NCBI GenBank assembly: GCA_964016885.1
Contig: CAXHJY010000639.1
Location: forward strand, 65,660-129,659
Reading direction: 5' to 3'
Source: Eledone cirrhosa
Taxonomy: Eukaryota
Length of the DNA: 64,000 nucleotides
Position numbers and translations under genes: made by a program
Shown: piece by piece, positions 52,598 through 64,000 of the stretch
Position numbering within the stretch: the first letter of the stretch is position 1
Layout of the letters: each line of letters starts with the position of its first letter
The notes under the pieces: generated by a model
The model's input: the letters and a program-made list of their open reading frames with translations, nothing else
Told to the model about the DNA's origin: nothing
The model's database searches: none

Positions 52598-54243
52598 AAA
52601 AAATAACATAAATTGTTTTGTGTATTTAAAAAAAATGACCAATTAGTGGGGAAAAACCCCACTTGTGTATCTTCCAAACCTTAAACTTTATTTCAAAATC
52701 CCCAACCAATCCCATCAAGAGCTTTGGTTGGAGAGAGAATTTATTAGTGTAAGGGCATATTGACTGAATTCATAAAAACAATACTTCAATAAATATGAAA
52801 CTTGTGTCTAAATTATTTTAGTAATCAAACTGCCCACCATCTCTCATACACAGTCAAATTAAATGTTCTAATTTTATCAGACTATTATGCTTACACTCAC
52901 ACAGCCATATTCTACATATGTCTGTAGTATTGTTGTCTTTGTTTAGCCCCTGATCAGCTCTGATCTTGCAAGCCTATGGTCAAAGGCATTCCAGCAATGA
53001 CAGTCCCATATATTTCCAGACATAGTGTGTGTGTATATATATATATATATAGGACTGCGATATTTAATGTCCTTCTAATCAAATGACTAGGGTGTGATCT
53101 GGCTTCTATTTTTAGTATGTTTAGTGACTATATAGAGTCTTATTAAAAACCACATGTTTCTGTTTACTGATACACTGTCTAATAGATCTATTATAGTATT
53201 TGGTCCTATTTCAAGTGATGTGGATAGAAAAAGAAACTAACAAGCCTATAATGATGCAGACAAAAAAGAAAGAAAATGCATCCTCTTAATTCTTCACTCT
53301 TACTCCTCTATTTTATACACAAAAGGGTTAAAAAGCTGGTGGGCCATCACACTTTTAGTGTCTTGTTCAGTGCTGACCTACAGATATTTCATTATCTCCC
53401 TTTACGTTCTCAGTTCAAATCTTGCAGGTGTTCATCTTAATTTTCATTTTTCTTTACCAGTAATATTCTCAACATGATTTCAATCATGTTAATTCAAGTA
53501 GCTACATCTCTCCCCCTTATGACCTAAACATATGTAACCCTGTGTTAATTAATCAGTAACTTGAAAATATACCAATACATTTCAAATGTGCTTTTATCTC
53601 ATTGAAGTCTAAGTTAAGCAATTTTACCTTTTGATAAGTCATCATTAAATGATAACTTTATATCGTTATCATTAATGGTTTATCATTAACGATAAATTAG
53701 AAACACTATTCTTTAATTTTTCTTCTCTCTCTCATTTGTTTTGAAACCTTGAAATTCCTCAGCATTTTCTACATTCCTCTCTGTGTATAATCTGTATTTG
53801 TATTTTTTATATTTTTATGTTTCTCACTCTCTTTTATTCCCCCTACCCAACTTTTTCTTTCTCTCAAAAATGTTTGAATTTTTCCACGTATAAAAAAAGG
53901 AAAGCAGAAATGTGATGTTTTATTTGATGTACAAACATTTTAAATGTTTTTTTTTTTTTTTTAGAGCAACATACTTCCACTTTCTAAATTATTGTCAATT
54001 ATAAAATTTTAAATCACTAGAGGATTGCAGGAGTAAAACTTAATTTATGATAATTTCTTTTCAATTTTCTTTAATTTATCTTCAATTTTATTTTCTTGCT
54101 TATTATTTTCAATTTTATTTTCTTGCTTATTATTTTCAATTTTTTTCTTGCTTCTTGAGTAGTATATTAGTATATTTGGAAGATAGTTGAACTGTAATGA
54201 TTTCCATTATAAGTATTGACAATTTCTTGTTTGTTATTCTCAG

Positions 54244-54381
54244 GTAAAAAACCAAATGGAGGCTCACCACGTGGTGTCGGAGGTTTTCCTCCAAACAAAG
54301 TTGGTGGCATTGCTGGCGAGTTATTCCCTGGAGGAATACCGAAATTACAAAACAAGAGTCAAAAACCAAGAATACCAGCAG
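54244..54381 (+). CDS. WIPF: WIP/verprolin-family gene, Gly-rich exon with second conserved motif (138 nt, phase 1-1)
   Basis: Acceptor ttgttattctcag. GKKPNGGSPRGVGGFPPNKVGGIAGELFPGGIPKLQNKSQKPRIPA matches the WIP motif GGLF.GG(M/I)PKL that follows WH2-1. Strong donor CAG|GTAAGG. Joins in frame to 13832. Confidence 0.88.
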
Positions 54382-55209
54382 GTAAGGAAGGCTTCCTCAA
54401 CTTACAGGATTAATGACATTATCTATCTGACTGTCTGAAAATTTGCATATATAGAACTGTTAAGTTACTATTATATTAAATATTTGTTACATACACATAT
54501 GTCTATTATTGATAAGAGAGTCAGAGGGTGGCAATACCTATGATCTTTACAGGCCCTCACAAACTGGTGATGTTGTTGAAATTTATTTAAATATTTGTAT
54601 GACATTATTTACAGTAAAGTGTGAACAAAGATAACATTTTTTAGGAAGGAGCATGAAATAGTATTTAGTAAGGGTCTGGTAATTAAGACTTAGTGAGGGG
54701 TTGCTGGGAAGCATAGAGATATGTGGCTCTAGGTGAAGAAGAGATGCAGTTAACTATTTCAGAAGAACAGCAACCATTATGGTTGCAGTTGAAGTTGTAG
54801 AAAGAGGATTCAGTACATATAAAGGCTAGTGATTGCAGTGTGTTGGTGAGTTAGTCAATTAGTTGGTGGACAGATGTAGGCTGCATAAGACATAGTGAAA
54901 GTAACCTGTTTAAGAGATCAGTCACTCTGAATAAAAATACAGGGTAGAGAGAACGCTTAAGTCTGGCCAGGCAACCTCTAAATCTGGTGGCACAAATAAT
55001 GCACCCAGTTCATGCTATAAAGTGGTTGGTTATAGGAACGGTATCCAACTAGAAAAAAAATTGCCAAAAATATGACTTGAATAGTAGTCTAATACAAGTT
55101 TTACTTAAACCCTGAAAGGGCTCAATATACATTGAGTTGAATAGATAATCTTAGGTTTGGTTCATTAGTCCAATTCTGAGGTTATTGAAAAATAAATACA
55201 CCTCTTTAA

Positions 55210-55417
55210 CCCTTTAGCATTTACATTACTCTGTATATACTATTGTATTTTCATGCTAAAGGTTTTATCTCTCATAATATTGAATCTATGAGATTTTGAA
55301 ATTATTTATTTTGAGAACAATACCTTAACATAAGTTTGAGTGGCTAGATTTGGCCAGTTTGAACAGAAAGAGGTGAGAGAATTATGACTGGATATGGCCA
55401 GTTTAAATGCTAAAGGG
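55210..55417 (+). mobile_element. piggyBac-type MITE
   Basis: Same TIRs and interior as 33144-33374; TTAA on left, TTAT on right. Confidence 0.85.
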
Positions 55418-55793
55418 TTATACTGAAAGGTAAGTTAAACACTAGACTAATAAGGTCATATTTTGCCTGTTCCCATGGTTGCTTCACATTCTTTCTAAAA
55501 TCTTACGTCTGATACCACAAGTGTTGTTGTATACTCATCCTAAGGTCATGTCCTAACTGATGTCTCAAGTGTTGTGGCATACCAATCCCAAGATCATGTT
55601 CTAACTGATGCTTCAAGTGTTGTTGCTCAGTCATAACCAAGTATTTATTAAAAATTCAAATATAATGTGTATACAATATTAGCACAATATTCACCCTCGC
55701 CAAACACCCTGCCAAATAGTTAAAAAAAAGTAATAAATTGTGTTGGAAAGTAGCCAGAGTGAAAATGTTTAAGTAAATTTTAAAAATATATAC

Positions 55794-55979
55794 ATAATTG
55801 TTTCTACTTTTGGCACAAGGCCAGCAATTACCCAGTACATTACTGGTACTTTATTTTATCGACCTCGCAAGGATGAAAGGCAAAGTTAACCTCACCGGGA
55901 TTTGAACTCAGATGGTAAAGGGAAGTAACTATGCTGGAAAGCATGTCCGACCCTCTACCGATACTGCCAATTCACCGCC
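55794..55979 (-). mobile_element. SINE family 1, full-length copy
   Basis: Complete head, core and tail; atatatacataa repeated on both flanks. Confidence 0.85.
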
Positions 55980-57524
55980 CTGATATATACATAAAATATA
56001 TACATAATGATTGCCTAAGCCAGTTCTGATTTACCTAGATGATGATTTAATATGATATTCAATAGGATACTTTACCTTTAAAAATACAAATTTTAGAGTA
56101 GCAAGTAGCTCAAATTAAAAAAAAAATAGTATAGTGTCCTGAAAAGTAGTGTAATCTGCTACTTGTAGCCCAATCTGATATCTCAGATTACCTCTAGCAG
56201 CCCATTTTCTGAAGGGATGAGAGGTACAATACCAAGTTCATCTCACTTTAAATCATCTTTCAACAATTGTCTTTCAACCATTGCATGGTTATGGTGCTGT
56301 TAGCAAGCAATCCCCTGCCTAGTCTAATGCCACAGGTAGAGGTGGTGTGTCATCATGAAGTGCTTTTTTCTGCAAGTGCATCATGAAATGTAGGCTGCAT
56401 TTTTAGACATGTGACCTATATTAGTGAAACTTGTATGAGCATTAGTCAGTGTCTCGTGAATCGTCCCAGACATGAAGGTTTCTCTGATTGTTATTCGACT
56501 TGCTAGAAACAGTAGCCAAACCTCCCTCAAACCATACACCTTACTATCTTAACAAAGGAAGAACATACAAAATAATATTCTAGAAAAGTTGTATAAAAAA
56601 TGGCTGATATACCTCTCATAATAAGTTGGCTCAATCAAGGCTGACATAGAACTAAAAAAACAACACTTCCACATAACTCTCATGTGGCTACATAATAGCT
56701 AACATTAGTTAACTCCAATAAATGTAAGCACGTTTTTGTTTGTTTCACTGTGTAATTATGTTATTTGTGTTAGACATGACCATTACAACTTTTTTAAAGC
56801 TTAATGTATCTAGGACTACATTATCCGATGTGTTGTTCCTCTTTTTTTTTTAAGGCAGTAGGATGTAATTTCAAGGACATTTGGCTGCTAATTCTAGCAG
56901 TTCAAATAACCACCTAAATGCTCCTTCATTTATAAACCAGATAGTGCACAGTTACATTAATGCATAGTCACACTCAGTTTATCATTAGCACATGAAGTAT
57001 TCCACTTACTCATATATATCTCAGTTCTTTGATCTATTGTGTCATTTTGCATTGAACCAATCTGTTTGAACAGATAGTCTTTTTAACATGTCATAGCTCA
57101 CGGTATGTTTATACCAAATCAGGAAATAGGTGTGTGTGTGTTTGTTTGTAAGTACATATATTTATTCTTATATCTATATGTATACATTAAACATATGAAT
57201 GAAACCAGGTTTGGGAATTTAAATATCTCACATAAATTTACATATGTAAGACTACATATTTCCAACATATTCATTTTGAACTCTTGTGGTTTTATAATAC
57301 AAGTATACAACCAAAGACTATGTATATATATATATATCTCAGAAAAAAGAGAATCAGTGTTGCGACGAAAGGAAAGGAATTGGACATATTACAATTGTTT
57401 CTCGGGCGACCAGCTCAAGGCGCAATTGATAAGGTGATCAAACCTGACTCTGAATTTGCGCGGTCCTCGGATACGTCTCGATTCTATGAAGCAGATTTTC
57501 CTATTCATATGTATATATGTAAAG

Positions 57525-57675
57525 TGAATGTGTAGGCACTACGGAAAGAAAGCACCCAGTACTCACTGTAAATGAAGTTGGTGTTACGAAGGGCATCCAG
57601 GTGTAGAAATCAAGCCTGAATCAGTTCCCGTCTAACCCTTGCAAGCAGGGAAAAGTGGACATAAAATGATGATGT
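57525..57675 (+). mobile_element. SINE family 2 / RTE tail fragment
   Basis: Matches 19835-19965. Confidence 0.75.
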
Positions 57676-57677
57676 TG

Positions 57678-57947
57678 ATATATATACATATATATATATG
57701 TATGTGTGTGTGTATATGTATGTATATATGTATGTATATATATATATATGTATGTATGTATGTATATGTATGTATATATATGTATGTATGTATATGTATG
57801 TATATATATGTATGTATGTATATATATGTATGTATGTATATGTATGTATGTATGTATATATATGTATCTATGTATATGTATGTATGTATGTATATGTATG
57901 TATGTATATGTATGTATGTATATATGTATATATATATATATATGTAT
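57678..57947. repeat. (TA)n/(TATG)n compound microsatellite
   Basis: Direct reading. Confidence 0.95.
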
Positions 57948-58519
57948 CCCAGTACAACCTGTCTCATGGTCGGGTCGTTGGCGACTAAACTGGCAACCCC
58001 ACCAAGGTTTCTTGGTGAGGAGGGTGACTTTGGACATCCTGCAGGACTAAAAACAAAACCTGTCAAAGGGCAAAGGAGCTCTTAAGAGTCAATGGCCATC
58101 CAAAATCACTGGGAGAGATGACCCCTTAGCCTTTGTCAAGGCAGAATTCTAGGAGAAGGCAAACTCTGATATAACACCTGCAACTCTGATGGTATCCAAT
58201 GATGTTGACTTGTTCTTCTTTTTGGTAAATATCATCTTGATTAAGAGAGTCGGACTGGCTTTGTGCAGTGCCTTTGCTCACTATAAAAGCTTCACGGCAC
58301 AGGCATTGCTTTATATCTGGAGATCTCTCTGCACTTGTTGTCACATGGTACCATGGGCCTAGCACTATGTTTCAATAATTGTCACAAGTGTAGTGTTTGT
58401 ACCAGAGTTTTCAAGTCGCTGGCTGGACTAAAAAGTCAAACTCGTTCAGCGCATTGGTAGGGGTTCTCCTACATGGATATAAAGCAGTGGCCGTACTCGA
58501 AAACGAGTTGGCAGCCCCC
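57948..58519 (+). mobile_element. GC-richer repeat, possibly a non-LTR retroelement 5'UTR; older copy at ~6907-7130
   Basis: cccagtacaa...actaaac.ggcaaccccaccaag...cttggtgag..agggtga...gcaggactaaaaa is shared with 6907-7105. The 5'UTR assignment is inference. Confidence 0.5.
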
Positions 58520-62307
<3,788 letters not shown>

Positions 62308-64000
62308 GGTCATGAAGGTCACGGAAAGAGTAATAGCGCAACTAATCAGAGAGAGAATTGACCTAGATGAAATGCAGTTCGGGTTTGTGTCAGGCAAAAG
62401 TACCACAGACGCTCTTTTCATAGTACGACAACTACAGGAGAAGTACCTAGCTAAAGGTAAACCCCTCTACTTAGCTTTTGTCGACTTGGAGAAAGCCTTC
62501 GACAGAGTCCCCCGCTCCATTATCTGGTGGGCTCTTAGAAAACTAGGCGTTGACGAATGGCTTGTGAGGGCTATACAAGCCATGTATAAAGAAACAGTCA
62601 GCAAGGTTAGAATTAACAACGAATATAGTGAAGAGTTTAGCGTAAAAGTTGGCGTCCATCAGGGCTCTGTTCTCAGTCCACTACTATTTATTATTGCCCT
62701 TCAGGCTATAACAGAGGAGTTCAAGACAGGCTGCCCATGGGAACTCCTATACGCAGACGACCTGACACTCATAGCGGAATCAATGGCCGAGCTAGAAGAA
62801 GAAATTCCAAACATGGAAGCACGGCCTAGAGTCAAAAGGACTTAAAATTAACCTGGCTAAGACCAAAGTACTAGTTTGTAGGAAAGAAAACAAGGCGGCG
62901 GTCCCTTCTGGGAAATGGTCGTGCTCGGTGTGTAGGAAAGGCGTAGGTAGAAACTCCATTTATGTCCTAAAATGCAAAGTATGGGTGCATAAAAGATGTA
63001 GTGGGATCACAGGTAAGCTAACTAAGAACATAGATTTTACATGTGGCCGGTGCTCTGGTGCAATAAGTAGCAGCAAGTGCCCACAAACTACTAGCTCTTT
63101 CAATTGCGCAGAGGGTTCTATAGAAATAGTGGACAGCTTCCGTTACCTGGGCGATAAAATCAGCAGTGGGGGAGGGGTGCTCTGAAAGTACTGTAGCTAG
63201 AGTCAGAACTGTTGGAAAAAAGTTCAGAGAGCTTATACCACTATTAGCTGCTAAAGGGTTCTCACTAAAAATGAAAGGCAGGTTGTACGATGCCTGCATA
63301 CGAACAGCAATGCTGCATGGCAGTGAGACCTGGGCATTGTGTGCAGAGGATATACGCAGACTAGAGAGGAACGAAGCTTGCCATGCTCCGCTGGATGTGT
63401 AAACAGTAATATACGTGAATGGCAAAGCATAAACGAACTAAGGAAAAATTAGAGATAAGAGGGATCAGATGTTGTTTACTCGAGAGAAGGCTACGTTGGT
63501 ATGGACACGTGATGCGCATGAAAGTCGATAGCTGTATAACAAAAGTGCAGGGCAATAAAGGTAGACGGTAGTCACGGAATAGGCAGACCTAGAAAAACCT
63601 GGGACGAGCTGATAAACTCCGACATCACACACTTACACCTCTCCAAGACAATGTCACTGGACCGAGACCTTTGGCGGTACTCAGTAACAGAGAAGACCCC
63701 GCCTTACCTAAATATATAGTAAAACCTACTCCAGCCAGTAGGCATCTCTAACAAAATACACCCCGTCCCACCACCCCCCACCCCACCCGATCCACACCAC
63801 CCCGTTCTATGTAAAGTTATGTTGGTGCCGCGCCATCGAGGCCGAAACAAATGAGATCGTGTAGGTGTCCACGACAAAAAAACACACAGGTCCACGCTGT
63901 AATGTGGCCAGTGTAGGCAACACGGTAAAAACCTCCCAGACCCACACTGTAAATGTGGTTGGTGTTAGGAAGGCATCCAACTGTAGAAAACCTGCCAGAC
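62308..64000 (+). mobile_element. RTE LINE (same subfamily as 15720 copy): RT, Cys-rich region and 3'UTR, runs off window end
   Basis: ORF 62312-62845 has RT motifs nearly identical to 17583-18090. Several single-base indels downstream. Confidence 0.92.

Overview
AT-rich, microsatellite- and transposon-laden animal genomic DNA. The repeat complement (RTE LINEs with (GAT)n tails, tRNA-derived SINEs, very long (TA)n arrays) suggests a coleoid cephalopod such as Octopus; this is inference. The window lies mostly within one + strand gene of the WIP/verprolin (WIPF/Vrp1) actin-regulator family. Its first coding exon (ATG 13643, poly-Pro + WH2) ends at 13832. The exon with the second conserved WIP motif (ELFPGGIPKLQ) is 40 kb away at 54244-54381, and the rest of the gene lies outside the window. 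The main finding is five additional open, phase-1/phase-1, frame-preserving exons between these two (117, 345, 678, 789, 96 nt; up to 675 extra aa). They have similar weak G|GTA donors, extra WH2-like motifs and Trp motifs near their ends, two of which closely resemble caldesmon V-x-x-R-I-x-x-W. The introns hold decayed RTE LINEs, two SINE families (one head-to-head pair forming a long hairpin), two non-autonomous Helitrons, three piggyBac-type MITEs, a Penelope-type minimal hammerhead motif, several fold-back palindromes and a ~3.8 kb (TA)n/TG array. Most ORFs in the supplied track are artefacts of repeats.
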